Positions 18,357-28,438 of a stretch of 33,935 nt of DNA are shown here, piece by piece. The translations under genes and the position numbers were made by a program. The notes beneath the pieces were generated by a model. That model worked only from the letters and a program-made list of their open reading frames with translations, did no database searches and was not told the origin of the DNA. The number at the start of each line of letters is the position of its first letter. Within the stretch, counting starts at the first letter, position 1. Source of the DNA: an uncultured bacterium (GTDB lineage: Bacteria; Schekmanbacteria; GWA2-38-11; J061); contig CAZJVM010000010.1 of the NCBI GenBank assembly GCA_964549305.1, positions 18,613 through 52,547 of the forward strand. The letters run 5' to 3'.

Positions 18357-19189
18357 GTTCAAAACTCTTCGGAGTTGTTATGATTGGCTATGTTATTAGC
18401 TCACTTTGTTATATTCTTTATCTCCCGTCAAAAAAAGAAGCGCTCGGAAAGATAGGGAGCATTCTTACAATGATAGGGCTTGCCATTCATACAATTGCAA
18501 TCGGGATTCGCTGGCAGGAGTCTTATAAGCAGGGATACGGAAGAATTCCACTCACTAACCTTTTTGAATCTATGGTTGTGCTTTCGTGGTTTATCGTAGT
18601 TGTCTATGTAATAACGGAAATTAAATTCAAACATAGAGTATTCGGGGCTTTTGTCATTCCTTTTGCCCTCATCGCGCTCGCATATACTTCCTTCCTTTCA
18701 GATGAAATCGAACCGCTTGTGCCCGCTCTTCAAAGCTATTGGCTTCACGGTCACGTGGCAACGTGTATGCTCGGTTATGCCGCCTTTGCCGTTGCCTGCG
18801 GAGTCAGCATTGTTTACTTAATAAAGGAAAGAGGAAAGGCAAAGGGAGAATCTCAGGATACTGGATTTCTCTCCATTTTTCCCGACCTGAAAACTCTTGA
18901 TGAAATAAATTACAAGATTGTCGCCATAGGATTTCCTTTCCTTACAATCGGAATTATATCCGGCGCTTACTGGGCACACTATGCCTGGGGTACATATTGG
19001 AGTTGGGATCCTAAGGAAACGTGGTCTCTGATAACGTGGTTTATCTATGCGGCATTCCTTCATTCAAGAATGACTTACGGTTGGATGGGAAGGCGAAGCG
19101 CTATCTTGTCGGTTGCGGGTTTTTGTTCGGTCATTTTCTGTTATCTCGGAGTTAATTTACTGCTTTCAGGCCTTCACAGTTATGCCTGA
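18350..19189 (+). CDS. ccsA: Cytochrome c biogenesis heme lyase CcsA/ResC (System II)
   Basis: PALQSYWLHGH, WWD motif WAHYAWGTYWSWDPKETW, and C-terminal GLHSY. Confidence 0.95.
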   Translation: MLSSKLFGVVMIGYVISSLCYILYLPSKKEALGKIGSILTMIGLAIHTIAIGIRWQESYKQGYGRIPLTNLFESMVVLSWFIVVVYVITEIKFKHRVFGAFVIPFALIALAYTSFLSDEIEPLVPALQSYWLHGHVATCMLGYAAFAVACGVSIVYLIKERGKAKGESQDTGFLSIFPDLKTLDEINYKIVAIGFPFLTIGIISGAYWAHYAWGTYWSWDPKETWSLITWFIYAAFLHSRMTYGWMGRRSAILSVAGFCSVIFCYLGVNLLLSGLHSYA

Positions 19190-19407
19190 CACGATTTGAT
19201 GGTTTTTTTTGACAGACTTGTTGCAGTAACGGAGAGGTTAGCGGGAAAGTAGAATATCAGAAAAGTTTTATCACCGGTTTTTCACTATGGATGTTTCGAT
19301 TTCTCTGAAAAAGTTTGTTTTCAAAACTTGACAAATTGGAGTTTTTCCTTTATTTATTAGTTATTTAGGGTTAGAGAGAACTATGAGAAGGTAAAGGAGT
19401 TGCAGCG

Positions 19408-19755
19408 ATGTTACGCAGGATGTGCAAATCTAAAATCCACAGGGCAACGGTAACCGATGCAGACCTGCATTATGCGGGTAGCATTACGATTGACGAGGAA
19501 TTGCTCGAGCGTGCCGATATTCTTCCTCACGAGATGGTGCAGGTAGTTGATATCAATAACGGCAACCGCCTCGAAACATATGTGGTAAAGGGTGAGAGGG
19601 GTTCAGGTGTAATATGCATCAATGGCGCCGCCGCGCGTCTTGTCAATAAGGGGGACCTTGTAATAATTATTTCCTATGCGGACTTTACCGAAGAAGAGGC
19701 CCGCGCCCTTGAACCGAAAATAATTCTTGTTGATGAAAAAAATCGGGCCTCGTGA
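19408..19755 (+). CDS. panD: Aspartate 1-decarboxylase
   Basis: [18 protein letters not shown] (Gly-Ser self-cleavage site) and NGAAAR. Confidence 0.97.
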   Translation: MLRRMCKSKIHRATVTDADLHYAGSITIDEELLERADILPHEMVQVVDINNGNRLETYVVKGERGSGVICINGAAARLVNKGDLVIIISYADFTEEEARALEPKIILVDEKNRAS

Positions 19756-19769
19756 CGGGACAATAAATA

Positions 19770-20693
19770 ATGAGAGTAATCAGGGGAGTGCCTGATAAGC
19801 GGCTCGGATTAAAAAATGCGATTGTAACGATTGGAAATTTTGACGGTATTCACGTAGGGCATCAGGAAATATTCAATGAGCTTGTAGAAACGTCGCGCTC
19901 TGTAGGCGGAACGAGCGTTGTCATATCATTTAATCCCCATCCTTTAAAAATACTTTTTCCGGAAAAATGCCCTTCTTTAATCAACACCTTTAGGGAAAAA
20001 GCGGAACTTCTTTCAAGAATGGACATAGACTGTCTTGTCTGTATCCGCTTTACAAAGGCATTTTCCGAAATAGATCCTTTAAGTTTCATAAAGGATGTTC
20101 TCCTGGATAAAATAGGGATGAACAAACTCCTTGTGGGATATGATTTCGGATTCGGGAAGGGGAGGGAAGGAAGCATTGATTTCATCAGAGAGTCCTCCGG
20201 TGACCTGGGTTATGAAATGAAAGTGATTGACCCGCTTAAACTCGGTGATGTGACCGTAAGCAGTACTCTTGTAAGAAAGCTCATTCGCGAAGGGAAAGTA
20301 GCAAGAGCGAAGACTTATCTCGGAAGGCCTTTCAGCATCAGGGGACGGGTTGTCCACGGCGATGCCAGGGGAAGAGAGCTTAATTTTCCAACTGCGAATA
20401 TTTCCGCTTTCAATAAAATGGTGCCGCCAAACGGTGTTTATCTTGCGGAATGCCTCGTTGACGGGGTAAAATATCCTTCACTTGTAAATATTGGCAGAAG
20501 ACCCACTTTTGGGAATGACAAACGCCTCATAGAAACCTATCTTCTGGATTTTGATAAGGATATTTACGGAAGGTTTATTCGGGTTTTTTTCCTGCGCCAT
20601 TTAAGAGACGAAATGAAATTCGATGGCGCGGAAGAGCTTAAAGCCAAAATGACGGAAGACCTTCAGGAAGCAAAAACGTTTTTTAAAATTTAA
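19770..20693 (+). CDS. ribF: Bifunctional riboflavin kinase/FAD synthetase
   Basis: IGNFDGIHVGH, VSSTLVR, GRELNFPTAN and NIGRRPTF. Confidence 0.96.
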   Translation: MRVIRGVPDKRLGLKNAIVTIGNFDGIHVGHQEIFNELVETSRSVGGTSVVISFNPHPLKILFPEKCPSLINTFREKAELLSRMDIDCLVCIRFTKAFSEIDPLSFIKDVLLDKIGMNKLLVGYDFGFGKGREGSIDFIRESSGDLGYEMKVIDPLKLGDVTVSSTLVRKLIREGKVARAKTYLGRPFSIRGRVVHGDARGRELNFPTANISAFNKMVPPNGVYLAECLVDGVKYPSLVNIGRRPTFGNDKRLIETYLLDFDKDIYGRFIRVFFLRHLRDEMKFDGAEELKAKMTEDLQEAKTFFKI

Positions 20694-20706
20694 CCAAGGG
20701 GAGAAG

Positions 20707-21747
20707 TTGAAAAAAAAACTCATATTCTGGTTCGGAATTATTCTTAGCGCGTTTTTCCTGTGGATTTTCGTTTTCGGTCTGAATCTCGAAGTTTTCGGAA
20801 AAGAAATAAAGTACAGCGGAATAGACTTTGCCGCAGTAGCCGGCGCCTTGAAGGAAGCAAACTATATCTACATTATTCCCTATATGATAATTTATGCACT
20901 TGTTTATTATTTCAGGGCGCTTAGGTGGAAATACTTTATGTACCCCATAAAAAATATAAAGATAGGCACTCTCTTTACGACTACCATGATAGGTTTTATG
21001 GGAAACTGTATTCTTCCCGCAAGGGCGGGAGAAGTGGTTCGCCCCGTGGTAATCGGAATCAAGGAGGGAGTGAGCAAAAGCGCTTCCTTTGCAACTATTG
21101 TAGTCGAAAGGGTTTTTGACCTGTGCACCCTGCTTCTTTTTTCATTTATAATGCTTATGAATTTTTCATTTGCGGATACGGGAAAGGGAAACCTGAATGA
21201 ACAATTCAAGGGCATAGGCACCGCAGTCGGATTGATGGCAATGTGCCTTGTTCTTTTTCTTGTGGCGTTAAAATTCAAGTCGGAACTGGTTATATCGCTT
21301 TTGCGGAAAATATTCTTTTTTATCCCTGAAAAGATTATGGAAAAGTTTCTTTCGGTGATTGATTCCTTTATAGTGGGATTGGGTGTTTTGCAGAATGTAA
21401 AACATCTGTTCTACTCATCGATTCTTTCCGTTGCCGTCTGGTTTGCAATGGCAGCGTCGTTCTATGCAATGTTTCCCGCTTTTAACCTTGACCTGCCATT
21501 TTCTTCTTCTTTTGTCATAATGATACTTATTGCTCTCGGTGTCGCGCTTCCTTCCTCACCGGGATTTATAGGCATTTATCAGGTTGCTTGCGAAATGGCT
21601 CTGAAAATAGTCAATGTGGAACCGACCGTTGCCAAAAGCTATGCCATTGCCATGTGGACACTCAATATGATTCCAACCATCATAGTGGGCTTGATATTCC
21701 TGTGGACGGGAAAACTTAAACTGAGTCAGATACAGGATAAGGGATAA
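20707..21747 (+). CDS. UPF0104/YbhN lysylphosphatidylglycerol-synthase TM-domain (flippase-like) protein
   Basis: RALRW, GNCILPARAGEVVR, VVERVFD and PSSPGFIG in a multi-TM protein. Confidence 0.85.
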   Translation: MKKKLIFWFGIILSAFFLWIFVFGLNLEVFGKEIKYSGIDFAAVAGALKEANYIYIIPYMIIYALVYYFRALRWKYFMYPIKNIKIGTLFTTTMIGFMGNCILPARAGEVVRPVVIGIKEGVSKSASFATIVVERVFDLCTLLLFSFIMLMNFSFADTGKGNLNEQFKGIGTAVGLMAMCLVLFLVALKFKSELVISLLRKIFFFIPEKIMEKFLSVIDSFIVGLGVLQNVKHLFYSSILSVAVWFAMAASFYAMFPAFNLDLPFSSSFVIMILIALGVALPSSPGFIGIYQVACEMALKIVNVEPTVAKSYAIAMWTLNMIPTIIVGLIFLWTGKLKLSQIQDKG

Positions 21748-21769
21748 TCGAAGTTTCTTTGCAGGGAGT

Positions 21770-24700
21770 TCAATTTTCCGTTAAGAGCGAAAAATATTTG
21801 CTATAGATTCTGCGAACCGTTTCCGTTCTTTCTTCATACTCCGAAAGTAATTGCTCCGCCGGGCTCTTATCGTCTTTTTCACGGTAACCTGCCCTGAGCG
21901 CAAGTTTGACTATCTTTTCAGGCTTTTTGTAAAAAATGTTCAAAGGCCTGTTTTCGAGAATTCTGATTCTGTTTTCGATAGTACGTAAAAAAACTAATGC
22001 GCTTGCAAGGTCGCGATAATCCTTTTTTTCTATAACGTCAGCACCTTTGAGCTTTTTTAAAGCTCCCAGAGTGTTGTTCCCGCGCAATGCGGGATTGTCT
22101 TTCCCGTATTTTAGCAGTAGTGCCTGAGCGATGAATTCAATATCAACTATTCCGCCTTCTCCGAATTTTACGTGAAAGTACTGTTTTTTCCCGCCTGCTA
22201 TCTCTTTTTCCATCCTCTCCCGCATTGAGTTTATTTCCATTGCCTCTTTCCGGGAAAGCGATTTGTCGTAAATACTATCCCTTATCGCTTCTTCAAATTC
22301 CCATATGGGACCTTCCATACCGCATATAAAGCGAAGCCGCGTGAATGCCTGTTTTTCCCAAACCTTTACCTGAGAAGCGAAGTAATTTCTGTAAGAGTTT
22401 ATATCCTGTACAAGAGGCCCGCTTGTGCCCGATGGCCTCAATCGTGTATCGATTTCAAAGCTGATCCCTTTCATACTTTCCTTTTTTGTGGTTTCAAGGA
22501 TTGTTTGGGCGATTTTTGTGAAATATTCCTGAAGAGTCATTTCGCCTTTTCCTGTTTGAATGATTCCTTCACCCTTGAAAACAAATATGATGTCAAGATC
22601 TGAGCTGTAGATAATTTCCCTTCCTCCAAGCTTCCCGAGTCCGTAAATTGAAAGATTTGAATTGGGCGGAAGAAGAGATAAATCTATGCCAAGCTCCTTG
22701 TTGCACTTTACCAAAGATATTTCAAAAACAAGCCCGAGAAACAAATCGGCAATGCGGGAAAGGCGCCGCGATATTTTTAAGGTTTTTGCTTTTTCGAGAA
22801 TATCATCAACTCCAACGGTGAATACGGATTCGGAAATCAATTTAATCAGCTCGTCTTCAATATCCGTGAAGTCGCAGATATTTGATATTTTTGTCCGGAA
22901 TCCCTCAGCCATATCCTGTCGGGATTCAAAATGTTTTTCTTCTGCGGAATAGTTTATGAAATCAATCAACTGAGGCCTTTGAATGAGCATATCGCTTATG
23001 AACTGACTGTTGCTGAATATATTGAGCAGTATTTCCCTTGTTGATGACAATTCCGTAAAGAAAGGGAGTACCGATTCTTTCATGGAAGATGACGACACGA
23101 ATGTTTCAATATTGTTGAGAGCCCTGTCGGGATCTGCAGTATTCAAAATGTCCCTAAATAAGATGGGAACTGCTTCTGACATTCTCCGTTGGATTTTGCT
23201 CGAATAATGGGCAAAGGGCTTACCTTCTCTCAGACGTGATATGTTGGCTATCGCTTTTTCCGGTTCGGAAAACCCCATTTCTTTTAAAGCTGATAATTCT
23301 TCGCTCTCGGAAAGACCGCCTTCCCAAATAGTAAGAAATTTGTCTTTCTCTTCCGATTCATCTTTTTCCCCGCCTGACTTAAAAAGCTGATTAAAGGACT
23401 CTCTTACGGTACCCGTAAAAAATTTGTAATCGCTTTCAAATAGCTCGGACTCGTTGCTGAAACCTTCGGGAATGTATCCGAGCCGTTTTGATATTTTTTT
23501 CGTTTCGCTTTCGTTTTCGGGAAGCAACTGAGTTTGTCTCCCGTCCATCATCTGAAGTCGGTGCTCGATTGTCCGTAAAAATTTGTATGAACGGGTAAGA
23601 ATATTTAAATCTTCGAAATTGATATACCTCGAATCATAGAGGTTTTTAAGGGATTCGAGGCTATTGTTGTTTCTGACGCTTTTGTCCCTTCCGCCGTAGA
23701 TTAGCTGAAGCGCCTGAATGAAAAATTCGATTTCCCTTATACCGCCGTATCCGTTTTTAACATTGATAAAAGATCTTCCGTTTGCCTTCAGACTGCGGTC
23801 TATTTTTCCCTTCATATTTCTTATTTCGTCGATTGACCTGTAATCGAGATTCTTCCTGTAGATGAAGGGCGCGACTATCGCAAGAAATTCTTCTGATAAA
23901 GATTTGTCGCCTCCGGCATGAGATGCCTTTATAAGCGCCTGCCTTTCCCAGGTTTGACCCCACGACTCGTAATAAATTTCTATACTTCTCAGCGAATTTA
24001 CAAGGTCGCCGCTTCTTCCCTCGGGGCGAAGGCGAAGGTCCACTCGATAGACGCTGTCTTCGCCTCCTTCGCCGCGCAGAATAGAAACAAGGATTTCGGC
24101 AAGTTTTGTAAAGTATTCGTGGAGGGAAATCTGAACTTCGGAAACACCGTCGGAGTTTTCTTTGTAAATTTTCCCCCTGTCGGAAAAATATATGAATAAA
24201 AGATCTATGTCGGAAAAATAATTGAGTTCATTTCCTCCAAGTTTACCCAATGCAATAACCGAAAATCCGCAATTCGTTTCTTTTCCGTCGCTGTCTATGG
24301 TAACAGCTTTGCCATATCTCTTTTCCGACTGGAAAGATGCATATCTGAACGCGATTTCGATTATTGCCTTTGCAAGGTTGGAAATGGCTGAGACTGTTTC
24401 TTCAAAGGAGTAAAACTCGAAATAATCCATGGTCATAATGGAAAAGATTTCAACCTCTCTGAATTTTAGGAGAAAATTCTTGAACTTTTTCTGACTCCAT
24501 TCGTAGCTTGTATTTTCTTCCAGTTTCTCAATTAGATTATTTCTGTTCGGTACTTCTTTTTTTGAGGTACTTTCGAGTATAAAGGACGTTTCTTCCGGGT
24601 GCCTTATCATTATATTTGCGGCAAGCCTGCTTGCCGATAAGAGTCGCAACAGGTTTTTGATGCTTTCCCTGTTGCCTTTAAAAGGAATGAGAAGGTTTTT

Positions 24701-24919
24701 CTGCAGAGACGAAGCGATTCTTTCAATGTTATTGACGGAAAGATCGGGATCCGGTGAGTTGGCTATTTCGTTAAGGAAGAGAAAAAAATACTCCTTGTCC
24801 CTTTCTGAAACATTGAAAAGTTTCCAGAGGGAGATAATATTCTTTTCTGCTTTTTCTTTTTCAAGAAAAACCGGTTTTTTATTGAGAAAGAGGTCTATTT
24901 CCTGTGCTATTTCCGTCAA
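21770..24919 (-). CDS. glnE: Glutamine synthetase adenylyltransferase/deadenylase; likely start TTG 24919 (the ORF extends to 25009)
   Basis: Two repeated NT domains: LGKLGGNELNYFSDIDL..VDLRLRPEG and LGKLGGREIIYSSDLD..IDTRLRPSG; also GGIREIEF and GGIVDIEF. AGAGGT SD precedes TTG 24919. Confidence 0.95.
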   Translation of the reverse strand: MTEIAQEIDLFLNKKPVFLEKEKAEKNIISLWKLFNVSERDKEYFFLFLNEIANSPDPDLSVNNIERIASSLQKNLLIPFKGNRESIKNLLRLLSASRLAANIMIRHPEETSFILESTSKKEVPNRNNLIEKLEENTSYEWSQKKFKNFLLKFREVEIFSIMTMDYFEFYSFEETVSAISNLAKAIIEIAFRYASFQSEKRYGKAVTIDSDGKETNCGFSVIALGKLGGNELNYFSDIDLLFIYFSDRGKIYKENSDGVSEVQISLHEYFTKLAEILVSILRGEGGEDSVYRVDLRLRPEGRSGDLVNSLRSIEIYYESWGQTWERQALIKASHAGGDKSLSEEFLAIVAPFIYRKNLDYRSIDEIRNMKGKIDRSLKANGRSFINVKNGYGGIREIEFFIQALQLIYGGRDKSVRNNNSLESLKNLYDSRYINFEDLNILTRSYKFLRTIEHRLQMMDGRQTQLLPENESETKKISKRLGYIPEGFSNESELFESDYKFFTGTVRESFNQLFKSGGEKDESEEKDKFLTIWEGGLSESEELSALKEMGFSEPEKAIANISRLREGKPFAHYSSKIQRRMSEAVPILFRDILNTADPDRALNNIETFVSSSSMKESVLPFFTELSSTREILLNIFSNSQFISDMLIQRPQLIDFINYSAEEKHFESRQDMAEGFRTKISNICDFTDIEDELIKLISESVFTVGVDDILEKAKTLKISRRLSRIADLFLGLVFEISLVKCNKELGIDLSLLPPNSNLSIYGLGKLGGREIIYSSDLDIIFVFKGEGIIQTGKGEMTLQEYFTKIAQTILETTKKESMKGISFEIDTRLRPSGTSGPLVQDINSYRNYFASQVKVWEKQAFTRLRFICGMEGPIWEFEEAIRDSIYDKSLSRKEAMEINSMRERMEKEIAGGKKQYFHVKFGEGGIVDIEFIAQALLLKYGKDNPALRGNNTLGALKKLKGADVIEKKDYRDLASALVFLRTIENRIRILENRPLNIFYKKPEKIVKLALRAGYREKDDKSPAEQLLSEYEERTETVRRIYSKYFSLLTEN

Positions 24920-24967
24920 CGTTTTACCTCTTTCAATGGACTGTTCATTAACCTGTTTTTCTCTTTC

Positions 24968-24996
24968 TTGACATACATTATCAGCTTTGCTACGCT
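24968..24996 (+). promoter_or_regulatory. Sigma70-type promoter for queD operon
   Basis: TTGACA-N17-TACGCT. Confidence 0.55.
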
Positions 24997-25008
24997 TCCA
25001 AAATCTCA

Positions 25009-25037
25009 ACAGTATTATGAGTATTTTACTCTGTCAA
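25009..25037 (-). promoter_or_regulatory. Sigma70-type promoter for glnE
   Basis: Minus strand TTGACA-N17-TACTGT. Confidence 0.5.
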
Positions 25038-25057
25038 GCGCCTAAAGGGAAAAAATA

Positions 25058-25426
25058 ATGTATTTGATTTCGGTAAAACTTGATTTTTCTGCTGCTCATC
25101 AGCTCAGAAATTATAAGGGGAAATGCGAATCTCTCCACGGACATAACTGGAGAGTTGAAGCTATCGTAAAAGGCGAAAAACTTAACGATCCGGGAATGCT
25201 TATCGATTTTCACGATCTTAGAAACGAGCTTATGTCGGTACTTGATTCACTTGACCACAAAAACCTGAATGAAACGGAAATGTTTCAATCCGAAAATCCG
25301 ACTGCCGAGAATATCGCGGAATGGATTTATAACGAGATGAAATCAAGATTAGGGCAATACAATGCCAATATGAGCGAAATAAGGGTTTGGGAAAGTGAGC
25401 ATTCCTGTGCGGTTTATTTAGAATAG
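25058..25426 (+). CDS. queD: 6-carboxy-5,6,7,8-tetrahydropterin synthase
   Basis: FSAAHQL, CESLHGHNW, LDH and NPTAEN. Confidence 0.95.
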   Translation: MYLISVKLDFSAAHQLRNYKGKCESLHGHNWRVEAIVKGEKLNDPGMLIDFHDLRNELMSVLDSLDHKNLNETEMFQSENPTAENIAEWIYNEMKSRLGQYNANMSEIRVWESEHSCAVYLE

Positions 25427-25428
25427 AA

Positions 25429-26064
25429 ATGTTCATAAAAGAAATATTTTCGAGCATACAGGGCGAATCCTCCCATATCGGTTATCCCTGCTTTTTTATC
25501 AGGACATCCGGGTGCAATCTTCGCTGTAAATGGTGCGACACCGTTTATGCCTATGAGGGGGGGGAGGAATATTCCATTGAACTCCTTGAATCGCAAGTTA
25601 AGAAATCTCCTTATCCTCTCGTATCTCTGACGGGAGGTGAACCTCTTATTCAGAATGATGCCGTTAAATTTCTTTCACGCATTGCGGAAATCAAAAATAA
25701 GACCGTTATTCTTGAAACAAACGGAAGCCAAAGCATAAAAGATATTGACGAAAGAATTGTTAAAGTGATTGATGTAAAATGCCCCTCGAGCGGAGAGGAG
25801 AAAAGCTTTTTCTATGAAAACCTCGATTACATAGGCGAAAATGATGAAGTTAAGTTTGTTATTGCGGACAGGCGGGATTATGACTGGAGTTGTGGCTTTA
25901 TTCGTAAAAACGGGATAGAATCCCCTTCAATCCTCTTTTCTCCTATGGCGGATTCGCTAAAGCCGTCAAGTCTTGCAAAGTGGATACTCGATGACAATAT
26001 GAATGTGCGGTTTCAGATTCAGCTTCATAAGATAATCTGGCCCGGCAGAGAGAGGGGATTTTAG
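25429..26064 (+). CDS. queE: 7-carboxy-7-deazaguanine synthase (radical SAM)
   Basis: EIFSSIQGE, GCNLRCKWCDT, TGGEPL, LETNG and QIQLHK; lies between queD and queC. Confidence 0.95.
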   Translation: MFIKEIFSSIQGESSHIGYPCFFIRTSGCNLRCKWCDTVYAYEGGEEYSIELLESQVKKSPYPLVSLTGGEPLIQNDAVKFLSRIAEIKNKTVILETNGSQSIKDIDERIVKVIDVKCPSSGEEKSFFYENLDYIGENDEVKFVIADRRDYDWSCGFIRKNGIESPSILFSPMADSLKPSSLAKWILDDNMNVRFQIQLHKIIWPGRERGF

Positions 26065-26783
26065 TGAGTCTAAAAAATGAAAAAGGAGTCATATTGCTCA
26101 GCGGAGGGCTTGATTCCGCAACTGTTGCGGCTATTGCAAAAGATGAGGGGTATGAGCTTAGTGCCCTTACCTTTCTTTACGGACAGAGGCATAAGATTGA
26201 AATTGATTCGGCAAAAAAAATTGCCGCTTATTTCGGAATAGACGAGCACAAGATTATTGAAATAGCCCTTGATGATATCGCCCTTTCAAGTCTAACGGGA
26301 GAAGGGGATATTCCCAAAGGCAGAAGCGCAGAAGAAATGGTGTCGGAAATCCCGACCACTTATGTGCCCGCGAGAAATCTCATTTTTTTGAGCTATGGGG
26401 TAAGTTACGCGGAATCAATTGACGCCCGCGCGGTTTTTACAGGAGTCAATGCGATTGATTTCAGCGGATATCCGGACTGCAGGCCCGAATTTATAAAGGC
26501 CTTTCAAAGAGCTGTTGACGAGGGGACGAAAACGGGAGTAAGCGGTGACAGGGGGATTAAAATTAAAACGCCCCTTCTTTTTATGAAGAAGAAAGAAATT
26601 ATTGAAAAAGGCTTGTCGCTTAATGTTGATTATTCTCTTACTCACAGCTGTTACTCGCCAAAAGGCGACGGTGCACCCTGCGGTGATTGTGACAGTTGTA
26701 TATTGAGGGAAAGAGCTTTTGAGAAAATAGGAATTAGCGACCCTGTTTATGAAAGAATTATGAAGGAGAAGAAGTTAAAATGA
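26064..26783 (+). CDS. queC: 7-cyano-7-deazaguanine synthase
   Basis: LLSGGLDS, YVPARN, GYPDCRPEF and SCY..CGDCDSC. Confidence 0.97.
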   Translation: MSLKNEKGVILLSGGLDSATVAAIAKDEGYELSALTFLYGQRHKIEIDSAKKIAAYFGIDEHKIIEIALDDIALSSLTGEGDIPKGRSAEEMVSEIPTTYVPARNLIFLSYGVSYAESIDARAVFTGVNAIDFSGYPDCRPEFIKAFQRAVDEGTKTGVSGDRGIKIKTPLLFMKKKEIIEKGLSLNVDYSLTHSCYSPKGDGAPCGDCDSCILRERAFEKIGISDPVYERIMKEKKLK

Positions 26784-28405
26784 GTGTGAAAAGAAAAAAA
26801 ATAGCAAAAGAAGAACTTAAAAAATGTACGTCGCATCTTGAAGATATATTTTCGACTTACCTTTCCGATCGCGGGAAAGACCCTCAAGAGGGAGGAATTG
26901 CGGAAAGCTGGATATACGAAATGTCGGCAGGTGAAGATGTTGTTGTGGAGTCGGCAGTAAAACTCCTCGAGAAAAAAGATGCCGGCGCTTTTTTCAGAAT
27001 TGCGGAAGTTATGGCTGTGTTGCGACTTGCAATGTGCGACATAGTCCTTAACCGGATGCTTGCAAATGATAAAATCGAAACGGAGAAAAGGGTGTGCGCC
27101 GCAGAAATGCTCATTAAGGGATGGAGAGCTGATTTCAACGGGATTCCGGAAAATATCAGAAAAATAATTACTTTTAAAAATGATTTTCTGCAGATTGCCC
27201 ATGAAAATGCTGCGGAAAAGATTGAAGGTATGAAAGCGGTTATCAAAAATCTAGGAAGCGAGGAAATGTCTGCGGGATTGCTCTTTGCAATGAAAGAGTC
27301 TGACTTTGCCGGATTTTCAACTTCTGCGGAAAAACTTCTGAATATATCACCCGCTTTTGAAAAGATAATCATAAGCATCATTTCTGATGAAGCATCGGGA
27401 AAGGGCATTCCTCTTCTTGAAAAAATATTTGTTCAAACAGAGAAGAAAGACATCAGGAAAGAGATTAACAGGGCAGTCTACAGATTGAAGAAAAAGGGAA
27501 TAGAGTTTGATGAGGACAAATTTAAAGAGGAGAGGAAAAATCCCCTTGCAGGGGGTACTGTGGAAAGCGAAGGTTATGTAAGCGCAATGTTTGAAGGGGG
27601 AGATATTCAGTTTGTGATTTTTTATATTCACCATTCCGTGAAGGGATACCGGCTTTTTAATTTTCTCAAAAGTGTCAGGGAAGGGCTTGCGGATTTTTCT
27701 GTAAACAAGGTTTCCAAAAATGAAATAAAAAAATATCTGAACCATATTACGAACGTTAGAAATACGCCTCTTTTCAAGGTTTCTGCCGAACACTGCCGCT
27801 TTTTGCTCGATGAAAGCGTAAAAGTGACAAAAGAAAAAGGCGGTGAATTAAACAGGCATTATGACAAATGGAAGGACTATATAGAAGAGCACATTGCGCC
27901 GAGCGATAAGTCATCGGTTTACGCTTTATTTAACGGTAATGAATTGGGTAAAAAGCCCGTCGCAAGGATTCTTGACGATATGAAGGGTGAGGAATTGCTC
28001 GCTCTCTCCTTTATAAACAATGAGGAATTGTCGCAACTCTATGAACGTTTTAATGATATTGATGAAAGCGGCATTGTGTTAAAGGAATATCAAAAGGATG
28101 AGATGCGCAAAGAAAAACTCGCGGGGATTGCGAATGATTTTTTTGGAAAGTCATACAGAAGGCTTATTGTCAGAAAATTGGAAGATTTGTCCCTTCTTCT
28201 CTATTTGTCCGATAAAAAGGAAGAATCAGAAAAATTTCTAAGACTTGCCATTGATGCCGATTCTGCAGATAAACCTTCGGATTCCGCTTTTCTTTCGCAT
28301 CTACTCTATAGTTATTTTGAAAATTACTCTAATATGCGTGATAACAAAGTGGAAGACATTGATAATTCAGCACAAACGCTCAACACGTTTGAGAAAGAAG
28401 GGTAA
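26780..28405 (+). CDS. Hypothetical, largely helical 541-aa protein coupled to queC
   Basis: Long ORF with ATGA overlap with the queC stop and a HEAT-like segment (KDIRKEINRAVYRLKKKGI); no catalytic motif recognised. Confidence 0.75.
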   Translation: MSVKRKKIAKEELKKCTSHLEDIFSTYLSDRGKDPQEGGIAESWIYEMSAGEDVVVESAVKLLEKKDAGAFFRIAEVMAVLRLAMCDIVLNRMLANDKIETEKRVCAAEMLIKGWRADFNGIPENIRKIITFKNDFLQIAHENAAEKIEGMKAVIKNLGSEEMSAGLLFAMKESDFAGFSTSAEKLLNISPAFEKIIISIISDEASGKGIPLLEKIFVQTEKKDIRKEINRAVYRLKKKGIEFDEDKFKEERKNPLAGGTVESEGYVSAMFEGGDIQFVIFYIHHSVKGYRLFNFLKSVREGLADFSVNKVSKNEIKKYLNHITNVRNTPLFKVSAEHCRFLLDESVKVTKEKGGELNRHYDKWKDYIEEHIAPSDKSSVYALFNGNELGKKPVARILDDMKGEELLALSFINNEELSQLYERFNDIDESGIVLKEYQKDEMRKEKLAGIANDFFGKSYRRLIVRKLEDLSLLLYLSDKKEESEKFLRLAIDADSADKPSDSAFLSHLLYSYFENYSNMRDNKVEDIDNSAQTLNTFEKEG

Positions 28406-28438
28406 TACATTTTTAGGGAATAAAGATGGAGGGAAAAA

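Noticed and set aside
19328-19356. Sigma70 promoter upstream of panD
   Set aside because: TTGACA is present, but the -10 at standard spacing (TATTTA) is weak; plausible but not well enough supported to list.
25000-25057. preQ1 riboswitch upstream of queD
   Set aside because: The short UTR has no recognisable preQ1-I stem-loop and pseudoknot pattern.
25058-28405. dpd-type 7-deazaguanine DNA modification/defence island
   Set aside because: No DpdA/TGT paralog, helicase or nuclease is recognisable, and the context is housekeeping.
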